Source of the DNA: an uncultured delta proteobacterium
GTDB taxonomy: Bacteria; Myxococcota; Myxococcia; Myxococcales; Anaeromyxobacteraceae
Reading direction: 5' to 3'
Assembly (NCBI GenBank): GCA_963766715.1
Contig: CAVYBH010000008.1
Location: 544,001 to 608,000 of the forward strand
Length of the DNA stretch: 64,000 nt
The notes beneath the pieces were generated by a model. That model worked only from the letters and a program-made list of their open reading frames with translations, had not been told where the DNA came from and ran no database searches. Of this stretch, positions 42,916 through 57,056 are shown piece after piece; position 1 is the stretch's first letter, and every line of letters begins with the position of its first letter. The translations under genes were made by a program, and so were the position numbers.

Positions 42916-43308
42916 ATGGCACGTCCAGACATGGGTGAGCGCAAGGGCCCGCCGGGTGGTGGGGGTGGCCGCTTCGGCGGCGCAGGCGGCGGCGGTGGTG
43001 GTGGTGGCGGCGGCCGCTTCGGCGGTGGCGACCGGGACGACCGCGGGGATCGCGGCGATCGCGGTGGCGAGGAAGGCGGACGCGGGCGCGGCTTCGGCCG
43101 TCGCAAGGTCTGCCGGTTCTGCGCCGAGAAGGCCGCCAAGGTCGACTACAAGGACCAGGGCCAGCTCAAGTACTTCCTCACCGAGCGCGGCAAGATCATT
43201 CCCCGGCGCATCAGCGGCAACTGCGCGAAGCACCAGCGCGACGTGGCCACGGCCATCAAGCGCGCTCGCGTGCTGGCACTCCTGCCCTACACCGTCGCAC
43301 CGGCCTAG
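42916..43308 (+). CDS. rpsR: 30S ribosomal protein S18 with Gly/Arg/Asp-rich N-extension
   Basis: [43 protein letters not shown]. Confidence 0.95.
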   Translation: MARPDMGERKGPPGGGGGRFGGAGGGGGGGGGGRFGGGDRDDRGDRGDRGGEEGGRGRGFGRRKVCRFCAEKAAKVDYKDQGQLKYFLTERGKIIPRRISGNCAKHQRDVATAIKRARVLALLPYTVAPA

Positions 43309-43318
43309 GGAGCGAGAC

Positions 43319-43765
43319 ATGAAGCTCATCCTTCGAGAAGACGTGTACAACCTGGGCAAGGGCGGCGAGCTGGTGGAGGTGAAGGCCGGCTACGGCCGCA
43401 ACTTCCTCATCCCTCGCGGCCTGGCGGTCCTCGCCAATCCGAAGAACATCCGCGAGGTCGAGCACCAGAAGGCCGTGGCCGCGGCCAAGGCCGCGAAGCT
43501 CAAGGCCAGCGCCGAGGCCATCGCGAAGCGCCTCTCCGACACGCCGGTGACGCTGAAGCGCAAGGTCGGCGAGCAGGACAAGCTCTACGGATCGGTGACC
43601 GCGATGGACGTGGCCGAGGCGCTCGCTGCGCGCGGCCTCGACATCGACCGCCGCACCATCGACCTGTCCGAGCCCATCAAGACGCTGGGCGACTTCGAGG
43701 TGGGCGTGAAGCTCCACTCCGAGGTGATCGGCAAGGCCAAGGTGAAGGTCGAGGCGGAGTCCTAG
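43319..43765 (+). CDS. rplI: 50S ribosomal protein L9
   Basis: [38 protein letters not shown]. Confidence 0.96.
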   Translation: MKLILREDVYNLGKGGELVEVKAGYGRNFLIPRGLAVLANPKNIREVEHQKAVAAAKAAKLKASAEAIAKRLSDTPVTLKRKVGEQDKLYGSVTAMDVAEALAARGLDIDRRTIDLSEPIKTLGDFEVGVKLHSEVIGKAKVKVEAES

Positions 43766-43797
43766 GACCCGTCTCGCCCCCGTTCACCGGGAGCGAA

Positions 43798-46737
<2,940 letters not shown>

Positions 46738-46872
46738 GCGGCGCCGGCTCCGGCCGGCGCAAGAACCATCCCGCGGAAGCCCCGACGAGCCATGTCGCCG
46801 TCCCGGGACGCCGAGTCGGGTTTCCCCGACACCCCCTGCTCCCAACCCCCCGGAATCACGAGGCCGCCCGGT

Positions 46873-46888
46873 TGGCAGGGCGGCTGCA
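46873..46888 (+). promoter_or_regulatory. sigma54 (-24/-12) promoter
   Basis: TGGCAG-GGCGG-CTGCA versus consensus TGGCAC-N5-TTGCW, about 50 nt before ATG 46937. Confidence 0.6.
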
Positions 46889-46936
46889 TTTGCCTCCTAC
46901 GTCTTTCAACTCTCACGCAGTCCAAGGAGCCACACC

Positions 46937-47242
46937 ATGAACCGCAAGACCCCCTCCGTCATCGGCGCCGCCATCGGACTCGCTCTCTTCCTCGCCATCG
47001 CGCTGCTCCCGGCCCTGCTGTACGGCGGCTACGCGGGCGTGCTGCTCGCCGGCGGGATCTTCGGCACGCCGGTCCAGCCCACCTTCCTCGTCCGCGCCCT
47101 GATCGTCTTCGGGATGGTGATGGGCGCCCTGGGCGTCGGCTCGCTCTTCGCGGTCGGTGGCGCTGCCGCCGGCGCCGCGGTCGGCGCGCTCACCCTCTCC
47201 GCGAAGCCCTCCAAGCTGGCGACGCAGGAGACGAAGGCCTAG
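46937..47242 (+). CDS. small Gly/Ala-rich hydrophobic membrane protein (101 aa)
   Basis: AAGGAG RBS; IGAAIGLALFLAIALLPALLYGGYAGVLLAGGIFG; followed by terminator. Confidence 0.85.
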   Translation: MNRKTPSVIGAAIGLALFLAIALLPALLYGGYAGVLLAGGIFGTPVQPTFLVRALIVFGMVMGALGVGSLFAVGGAAAGAAVGALTLSAKPSKLATQETKA

Positions 47243-47268
47243 CTTCCCGCGGGGAAACGGGGAGGTTC

Positions 47269-47306
47269 GCGGCCTCGGGGGCGACCCCGGGGCCGCATTT
47301 CCTTTT
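47269..47306 (+). terminator. intrinsic terminator
   Basis: GCGGCCTCGGGG-GCGA-CCCCGGGGCCGC then ATTTCCTTTT. Confidence 0.75.
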
Positions 47307-47400
47307 CGGCTCCAACCGTGTAAACGCAACTCGTGCGTGGATCCCCCGACCTGATCCAGCGCAATGCCCCAGGATTCCGAACGTTTATTGTGCCCCGCTC

Positions 47401-47416
47401 AGGCACACCCCCTGCA
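47401..47416 (+). promoter_or_regulatory. possible sigma54 promoter of the cytochrome c/b fusion
   Basis: AGGCAC-ACCCC-CTGCA. Confidence 0.45.
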
Positions 47417-47437
47417 CGAGCCGCCCCTCCGGACCCT

Positions 47438-49139
47438 ATGCGCAAGACCTACCTCCTGATCGCCCTCCTGCTGTCGCTTCCCGTGGCCGCCTTCGCGGCC
47501 GACGCTCCCGCCGCGGCGGCCGCGCCAGACCCCAACCAGGCCTGCCTCGACTGCCACGTGGCGTCGAAGCCGGGCGAGGCGGGCGTCCGCCCCGTCGAGT
47601 TCGGCAAGTCGGTCCATGGCAGCTTCGGCTGCACCGACTGCCACGCCGGCTACCAGGCGCCCGGCCCGCACGAGCTTCCGCCGCTCGAGGGCGCCGACGC
47701 CGCGGTCGTGAAGCGCTTCGAGGCGCTCAAGGCCAGCACCGCGCCGCGCGCCTACCTGGCCTGCGGCAACTGCCACGCCGAGGTGACCGAGCAGCTGGCC
47801 GCCTCGATCCACGGCGCGTGGATGAAGAACGACGCCAAGGTGGCCGGCCCGACCTGCGCGAAGTGCCACGGCGTGGTCCACGAGATCACCAAGCCCGTGA
47901 CCGCGCCCGCCAAGGGAGACGTCAAGTTCACCCCGGGTGCACGGGCCATCTCGGAGCGCTGCCAGGCCTGCCACGACGACCCGGCCTTCATCGAGGCCGC
48001 CGGCCTGCAGCACGAGGTGGTGGGGACCTTCAAGGACTCGATCCACGGCCGCCTGGTGGCGGTGGGATCGGGCCGCGCTCCCTCCTGCGCCGACTGCCAC
48101 GGCACCGCCGTGCCCGACGCGAAGGGCGTGCTCCACCCCAACGCCCACACCATCCTGTCGAAGACGGACGCCCGCTCCCCGGTCAACGGGGCCAACCGGG
48201 CGCAGACCTGCGCCCGCTGCCACGAGGGCGCGAACGCCAACTTCGCGAAGCTGGTCACGCACCAGCTCCACGACACCGAGAGCAAGATCCCCCACTTCCT
48301 CCACGTGGTGTTCTCGTGGCTGGCCGCGCTGACCCTGATCTTCTTCGCGGGCCACGTGGGGCTCGATTTCGATCGCCGAGATCCGCCACAAGCTGAAGGT
48401 CCGCAAGACCGGCCACGGCCACGACCACGCGCTCGAGGAGGTCTACGTCCAGCGGTTCGACATCCACCAGCGCGCCCAGCACTGGATGATGCTCACCGGC
48501 GTCATCCTGCTCGGCGTCACCGGCTGGCCGCTGCGCGGGGCCGGATCGCCCGAGGCCATCGAGACCTCGCGCAAGGTGCTCGCCCTCTTCGGCGGGCCGC
48601 ACGGCGCGGCGCTCCTCCACCGCATCGCGGCGGTGATGATCATCATCTCCGGCATCTACCACCTGAGCTACCTGATCCGCTTCGCCGCCCAGCGGAAGCT
48701 GCCGCTCTCGATGCTGCCCGGCCCGCGCGACGTCACCGAGATCCGCGACAACATCCGCTACATGCTGGGCTTCGGCGATCGCCCGGCCTACGGCAAGTAC
48801 AGCTACCTGGAGAAGTTCGATTACTGGGCGGTGTTCTGGGGCATGATCATGATGGTCGGCACCGGGTTCGTCCTCTGGTTCCCGGTCTTCTTCGCGAAGT
48901 TCGCGCCGCACTGGGTGCTCACCTCGGCCCAGATCATCCACGGCGAGGAGGCCACGCTCGCGCTGCTCTTCCTCTTCGTGGTGCACTTCTACAACGCGCA
49001 CCTGAAGCCCTCGATCTTCCCGATGAACTGGGTCTGGCTGACCGGGAAGATGAGCCACGCCATGCTCAAGGAGGAGCACGGCGGGCAGTACGAGGAGCTG
49101 GTCGGGAAGAAGAAGAAGGACGACGACCACCCGGTCTAG
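47438..49139 (+). CDS. multiheme cytochrome c (7 CXXCH) fused to FdnI/HydC-type cytochrome b domain (CbcL-like); frameshift near 48372
   Basis: Signal peptide; CLDCH, CTDCH, CGNCH, CAKCH, CQACH, CADCH, CARCH; then RFDIHQRAQHW..LHR..YH..KYSYLEKFDYWAVFWG..HGEEA..HFYNAH..EEH. Confidence 0.88.
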
Positions 49140-49264
49140 CGTCCCGCGTCCGGCGCCCCCCGGGCGCCGGCGATTCATTGCGGCGGCCTGCTCGTCCCCT
49201 TCGCGGGGACGGGGGGCCGCCGTCCTCGTTCCGGGAGTCCCGGGCCGCTCCCGCCGGAGGTCCG

Positions 49265-49595
49265 CTAGAGGCCGGCCGCGCGCGACCCGCCGTCCGGGCG
49301 CCGCACGGGACGTCGGGATCATGGAGACCGCGAAGAGGGCGGCCCCCACGAACCCGTTGCTCACCCGCGCCGCGAAGGAGACGTCGGGCAGGAGGATGGC
49401 CGCCCAGAAGAGGAAGAAGGCCAGGCCGGAGATGACCAGCCGGAGGTTCATCCGCCCCGGCGAGGCGAGCGAGAGGCCGGCCACGAGCAGCGCCAGGATC
49501 CAGCAGAGCATGAACGACTCCCCGCTCTGCGGGAACGCGAACGTCGAGATCATGAGCCACGAGCAAAGGGTCGCGATGATCGCCATGAAGCGCAT
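49265..49595 (-). CDS. small 4-TM membrane protein (SPW-repeat-like); probable frameshift near C-terminus
   Basis: MRFMAIIATLCSWLMISTFAFP...; GGAGAA RBS; four short hydrophobic helices. Confidence 0.6.
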
Positions 49596-49701
49596 GTGGG
49601 GTTCCTCCGAGTAGGACCTGCCGGAAGGTTCCGGAAAACCCTCACCGTCCGTCAAGACGCAGGGCGCCAGATTCGGGAATCTAGACGTCGACTCCGCCGC
49701 T

Positions 49702-50593
49702 CTACTTCCGGCGGGCGACCGTCCGGAAGGGGTGGCAGGTGGCGCACCCCTTCGACTCGGCGTGCTTCTCGGCCGCGGCGTGGCACTTCAGGCACTCCGC
49801 CTTCCCGGCCACCCAGAGGTGGGGGGCGTGGCAGGTGGCGCAGCGCTGCCGGAGGTGGCGCGCGTGCAGTCCGGCGGTCTCGGTCACCACGTGGCAGGCG
49901 GAGCAGGCGACGATGGCCTGCGCCGGGGTGTCCGCGTGGGGCTTGTGGCAGGTGCCGCAGTCGAACTGCATGGGCGCGGCGTCGGAGAAGCGGGCCGGGT
50001 GGACCCCCTCGTTGCGGTGGCAGCGCAGGCAGTCCCGCCGCGTGGGCAGGAGCCCCGGATCCGGGGAGAGGAAGTCGTGGCAGACGAAGCAGTGGAGCTT
50101 CGCCATGCCCTGTGCACGGACGGTGTGGGTGCCGTGGCACTTCTTGCACGCGTCGGTGAGCGGGTGGAACCCGTGCATCCCCTCGGCGTGGCAGGTGACG
50201 CAGGCGATCCCCTTCTCCCCGTAGTGAATGCGGTGCCCGCGGGAATTGCCCACCTGGGGCCAGTTCCCGTCGTGGGAGAGGTGGCAGGAGGCGCAGGAGC
50301 CGATCTCGACCGGCGCGTGCGACTTCGACCCGGCGGGCGAGCGGCCCGCCACGAAGGCGCGGAGCATGGCGAGCCCCTGCTCCGGCGTGGCGTGGTGGCA
50401 GCGCTGGCAGGCCACGCTCTTGTGGCTGCCGTTCGCCCACAGGGAGAACTCGGGGCTGGCCCGGTGGCACTGCGCGCAGAGGCGCGGGATCGGAGTCGAC
50501 GAAGCGCTTGAGGCGCCACGCCGCCATGCCCGAGGCGAGCAGGAGCAGGGCCCCGATGGTCCCGAGCGCGATAAAAAGGGGCCTCCGCTGCAT
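49702..50593 (-). CDS. membrane-anchored dodecaheme cytochrome c (NapC/NrfH-like N-terminus); frameshift near 50490
   Basis: N-terminal TM then 12 CXXCH motifs (CAQCH, CQRCH, CASCH, CVTCH, CKKCH, CFVCH, CLRCH, CGTCH, CSACH, CATCH, CLKCH, CATCH). Confidence 0.88.
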
Positions 50594-50632
50594 GGGGGTG
50601 GCATTCTAGTCGAACGCTCCCGGGCCCCGATA

Positions 50633-52095
50633 GTGACCCTCCGACTCAAACTCTTCGTCCTCATCGCCGGACTCGTGGTCTTCGCCACCACGGGCGTGAC
50701 CGCCGTCGCGCTCTGGCGCGACCTCCTGCGCGGGCAGGAGCTCTTGCTCCGCGAGGGCAGCGCCATCGCCGCCTCCTCGGCCCCTTCCGCGTCGCGCTGG
50801 CTCCTTCCCAGCGGCGTGGAGCCCGGCGGCCGGGAAGCGCTCGAGGCCTTGGTACAGCGCGTCATCGGCGCCGGTCCCTTCGACCGGGTCTGGGTCGTGG
50901 ACCGGAGCGGTCAGCTCGTGGCCTGCGCCACCGCGACGCGGGAGCCCTGCCCGGAGCACGCGCCGCCCTCCATCTTCCAGCGCGGGGCCACGCCGCTCGA
51001 GGCGCTGCAGCGCCTGCTCTCGCCGGAGGGGATCGTGGCCAGCGCCCCGGTCCTCCGCGAGGGCGAGCTCGTGGGGGCCTTCTACCTCGACTACAACCAC
51101 GAGGAGGTGGTGGGCGACGCCCGCCGGCTGGCCTGGGGCGTCGCGGTGGTGGCCGCCTTCTGGATCGCGGTGGGCCTCGCGCTCGCCAGCTACTTCCTCT
51201 ACCGGATCGCCCGGCCCCTCGAGCAGGTCGTGGAGGCCTCGGAGCGGCTCGGCGAGGAGGGCGGCGTCCAGCTGCCCGTGCCCCCGGACCGGGAGCTGGC
51301 CGAGCTGGTGACGGCGGTGAACCGCATGTCGCTCCGGCTCGAGGAGCGGCGCCAGGAGAACGAGCGGCTCATCGCCTCGCTCGAGGAGCGGGTCTCCCAG
51401 AAGACGCGGGAGGTGCTCCGCGCCGACCGGCTGGCCACGCTGGGCGGCATCGCCGCCGGCTTCGCCCACGAGCTGGGCAATTCACTGAACGTCATTCGCG
51501 GGTTCAACTCGGTGGCCCTGCGCGAGCTCCCCGAGGAACACCCCAACCGGCCCGACCTGGAGGCGGTCAAGCGCGAGGTGATGCGGGCGGCCGGCCTGAT
51601 GGAGCGCTTCCTGGTCTTCGCGCGCGCCCGCCCGGGCAAGGCCCAGGTGCAGTCGGCCGAGCCGATGCTCTCCGAGGTGGTCGAGGTCCTCGGGCCGGCG
51701 GCCAAGACCGCCCGCGTGGCCGTCGAGTTCGCCTGGGACGCGAGCGCCCCGGAGGTCCGCATCGATCCCGAGCTCCTGCGCCAGGGCTTCATGAACCTGG
51801 GCGTGAACGCCATCCAGGCCATGCAGCCGGGCGGGGGCGGCACGCTCCGGATCTCCGGCCGGGGCGAGGGCGACGACCTGGTCGTCGAGTTCCGGGACGA
51901 CGGGCCGGGGATGGACGAGGAAACCCGGGCGAAGGTCTTCGAGCCGTTCTACACGACCAAGGCCACCGGGACGGGGCTGGGGCTCGCCATCGTGCGGCAG
52001 GCCGTGGAGGCCCACGGCGGAACGGTCTCGGTGGAGAGCCGGCCGGGCGCGGGCGCGTCCTTCGCCATCCGGATCCCTGGTTCGAAGGAGGCGGG

Positions 52096-52099
<4 letters not shown>
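50633..52099 (+). CDS. sensor histidine kinase (2 TM, HAMP, HisKA, HATPase)
   Basis: FAHELGNSL, NLGVNAIQAM, DDGPG, FEPFYTTK..GTGLGL. Confidence 0.92.
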
Positions 52100-53454
<1,355 letters not shown>

Positions 53455-53467
53455 CCGGCGCCGCGGG

Positions 53468-53972
53468 TCAGCCGTGGGTCAGGAACACCCTCGAGCGCTC
53501 GACGAACGTCTTCAGCTTCCGGATCACCGAGCGCCTGGAGATCCCGACCATCTGGGCGACCTCCGCGTGCTCCCGGCCGTCCACGAAGACGCCCACCGCG
53601 ACCGCCTGGGTCAGGTCGTCGAAGCGGGAGAGGACCGCCCGCACGAGCTGCCGGTCCGTCGTAGCCCTCGGGTCCCTTGTCTCGCGACTCCCGCGTCGAC
53701 ACGAGCTCGTCGACGGCGGCGACCTCGCCGTGCCGGCGCGCGTTCCGGCGGAGGTTCAGGCAGTGGTTCGTGGCCACCTGGTAGATCCAGGGGAGCACGG
53801 TGTCCCGGTCGCTGAGCCGATCGATGTCGCGCAGGAGCTTCACGAAGACCTCCTGCGTGGCGTCCTCCGCCGCCGCCCGGTCGCCGAGCAGGCGGAGGCA
53901 GCGCCGGTAGACCGGCGGGCCGAGTTCCCGATAAAGCCGCGACACCTGGCTGGACGACTGGGCTGGCTGCAT
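53468..53972 (-). CDS. ECF RNA polymerase sigma factor; frameshift near 53660
   Basis: AEDATQEVF..WIYQVATNHCLN region 2; region 4 EHAEVAQMVGISRRSVIRKL in second frame; GGAGGAG RBS. Confidence 0.88.
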
Positions 53973-54232
53973 GGCGACTCCTCCTCCAGGCCCCTGGCGC
54001 TCTCCCGGGTGCCCCCTTGGCACAACGTGGAGCGCATCGGTCAACTAAGGCTTGCAAGGGAAGATTGTGTGCCCGGCGGCTGGAATGCCCGTCCCGCCGT
54101 CGCGGGACGCCGTCGATTCGTGGCACGTGCAACGTTCTGGAATGTGAGGGATTTCCCAGAAACCGGACCGGGGGAGTGGACCGCGGAAGCTCCTCCGCGA
54201 CCCGCTCCCCCGGCTCCCCTCCGGGCCCCCCG

Positions 54233-56872
54233 CTACGGCTTGATGCTCGTGATCCCCGACGTGGCCGACCCGCCCAGGCTCGACGTGACGGTGACCGAGC
54301 CGACCATCGGCACCCCCACGAACACCACGCTGTAGTTCCCCCTCCCGAGATTGGTCATGACCGTCGGGGCCAGGTTCGGGAGCGTGCAGGTGAGCGTCGC
54401 GGCGCCCGTGGTGACCGACGAGCTGGCGTTGACGGTGAGTCGCTGCTTGCCGGTCCGGTACTCGACGAGGGTGATGGTGATCAGGTCGGGCACGGACTGG
54501 ACCGTGATCGTCACCTGCGCCGGGGTCGACACGATGAAGCCGTTCGACACGGTCAGCGCGAGCACGACGCTCTGGGGGCCCGCGCCGTTTCCCACGTTCG
54601 GGGCCACGAAGGTCGGGTTCGCCGTGGTGGCTCCGGTGATCGTCACCTTGGGCCCGGACACCTGCGTCCACGAGTAGGTGAGCGGGAGCGCCTGCGGATC
54701 GAAGCTGGCCGACCCGTCGAGCGACACGGTCACGCCGCTCTTCACCGCCTGGTGCGGGGCCGGCGTTGGCGGTCGGGGCCGTGACGGCGTTCACGTTCAC
54801 GGTCGCCGTGCCCGTCGAGCGCAGCCCGGCGGAGTTCGTGACCGTCAGCGTGAAGGAGAGCGCCTGCGCGAAGGCCGAGCTCGGCGCGGTGAAGGTCGGG
54901 GTGGCGGTGCTCGCGCCGGTGAGGGTGACGGCGGCGCCCGAGGCCTGGGTCCAGCCGTAGGTGAGGGAGAGCGGCGGCGAGTTGGTGTCCGAGGAGGCCG
55001 AGCCGTCAGGGTGACCCGGGCGTTCGCGCCCACCGTCTGCGGGAGCCCGGCGTTCGCGACCGGAGCGGTGGCCGCGGCGGGAACCGGGTTCACCACGATC
55101 GTCACGGTCGACGGCGTGGAGATGGCGAACGCGTCCTGGACGGTGAGCGAGAAGACCAGGCTGGCCGGGGACGAGCCGGTCGGGAACGATCGGAGCCGTG
55201 AAGGTCGGGCGCGCCACCGAGGGGCTGGAAAGGGTCACGGTCGTCCCGCCGGTCTGCTTCCAGGAGTAGGTGAGCGACTGGCCGTTCGGATCGGAGGACT
55301 GGCTGCCGTCGAGCGTGACCAGCGCTCCCGGAGGCGACGGTCTGGCCGGCGCCGGCGTTGGCGGTCGGCGGGACGGGCGTCGTACCGGCGCAACTGGGCG
55401 CCGTCGGCGCCGGGCTCCCGGGCCACGGGCTGAGCTGCCCGACGATGCCGCCCGGTACGCCGTTCGGGCCGCCGCCGGGCCACGGGCCGGAGCCGTTCGC
55501 GAGGAACGGGAACTCCTGGAAGTTGAGCGGCACCACCGGCCCACCGACGGCGAGGTTCTCGGGGAAGAGGTACTCGGTGATGGGTGCGTGGTACTGCCCG
55601 GCGGAGAGGCCGTTCGCCGTGACGAAGGGCTGGGAAGGCGTCAGCCGGGCCCGGACCTCGCGCGTCGCCGGCAGGAAGACGCCGGTGAGCGGCATGGAGA
55701 GGACCTTCGTCGGCGGCCGGAAGCGCCAGCGCCCGAACACCGCGCCCACCGGAGGTCCGGGATCCACGGCCACCGATCCCCAGTCCCGGTCGGTCTGGGC
55801 GCCGGTGCACGGGTCGACGTCGATCCCGTAGAGGTAGATGGTGCGGCTCGGGTCGGTCGTGAAGCCCTCGAACCGGGTCCGGGCCGTCGCCTCCTGCGGG
55901 ACCCCGGCGATGGGCGCGCCGCCCGACGCCGAGGATGGTGACGTCGATGGCCACGTAGGCGGGGTCGATGCCGTAGGCGGTGAAGATTCCCACGTTGGCG
56001 ACGACGCTGTAGGCCGCCACGTAGGACGAGGCGACGCCCGCGAAGGCGCCGGCCGTCGGAGACGTGCCGTCCTTCACCAGGATGCCGGAGTAGGTCACGT
56101 AGTCCCCGACCTCGAACGGGGCCGCCCGGTTCGCGTCGGGCATGACCCCGAGCGCCGGGTCGGGCGTGTGGAAGATCGACAGGAAGCCACCCGTCGTCGG
56201 ATCCCGGGGGCGGTTTCCCTGCGGACAGAGCCAGTCGTCGAGCGCCGCCGGGTCGGTCCGCGGGATGCACATCGGGTAGCCGGTGGTGGCCCGGACGGTG
56301 GGATTGTCCTCGTCGATGGTGAAGCGGACGTCGGGGCTGGTGACCCGCCCGAAGCGGCCGATGGGGTCGTTCAGCCGGACGCGCTGGCCCGTCGACGGGT
56401 CGCCGATCACGCCGCCGACCCGGAACTCGCCGGTCGAGTAGTCGATGAAGTTCACCCAGCCCTGCCCGGCGTTGAGCTCGTCCTGGGTCACCGAGACGAG
56501 GCCGGCGATGTACTGGTCGCCCACCCGGTTGCCGGTCACGTGCACCTGCCACGTCGTGGTCGGCGCGGGGAGGTCGGCCTGCGCCATGCCCGTCTGGTTC
56601 GGGCCGTAGGGAGCGGGCGCGAGCCGGAAGAGCTCCTGCCAGGTGAGCGCGGTGGCCGGGAGCAGGACCACCGTGTTGCGGGGAATCGTCACCACCTGCC
56701 CGTGGACGGTCACGGTCCCGCCGGCCAGCGAGTCGCTTCCCCCGAGGGTCGCCGACTGGAGGACGCCGATCATGTCGAACGGCGACACCGGCTGCGGCGG
56801 CGGCAGGGCGGAGGCCGGCGCCGCCAGCAGGGCGAGGACGGCGATCCGGGACGCGTGGAAGCGGAGGTGCAT
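54233..56872 (-). CDS. large secreted protein: unrecognised N-terminal domain, three PKD/K319L-like Ig repeats and a C-terminal beta domain; several frameshifts
   Basis: Signal peptide MHLRFHASRIAVLALLAAPASA; repeats ANAG..VTLDGS.S.D...LTYSW.Q..G..V......PTFTAP; joined from several frames. Confidence 0.75.
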
Positions 56873-57056
56873 GGTGGGAAGGGTGGAGGTGACCGCGCCC
56901 TTCTCCAGTCGTTGCAGGAGGGGACGTTGCGCGCGGTGGAGGACGGGACGGCAAACGTTCGTTTCGTCCTTGCGTCGCGCGACAGGCGCGACGGCCTGGC
57001 CCACCCCACCCTTTTGCTCCAGGCGACGCTGCATCCGGAAAGCAGGGGGACACCAG

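Noticed and set aside
56941..56980. Cyclic-dinucleotide (GEMM-I) riboswitch suggested by GGCAAAC within a hairpin
   Set aside because: It lacks the GNRA-capped P2 and the following GCAAA/P3 arrangement; only a simple hairpin.
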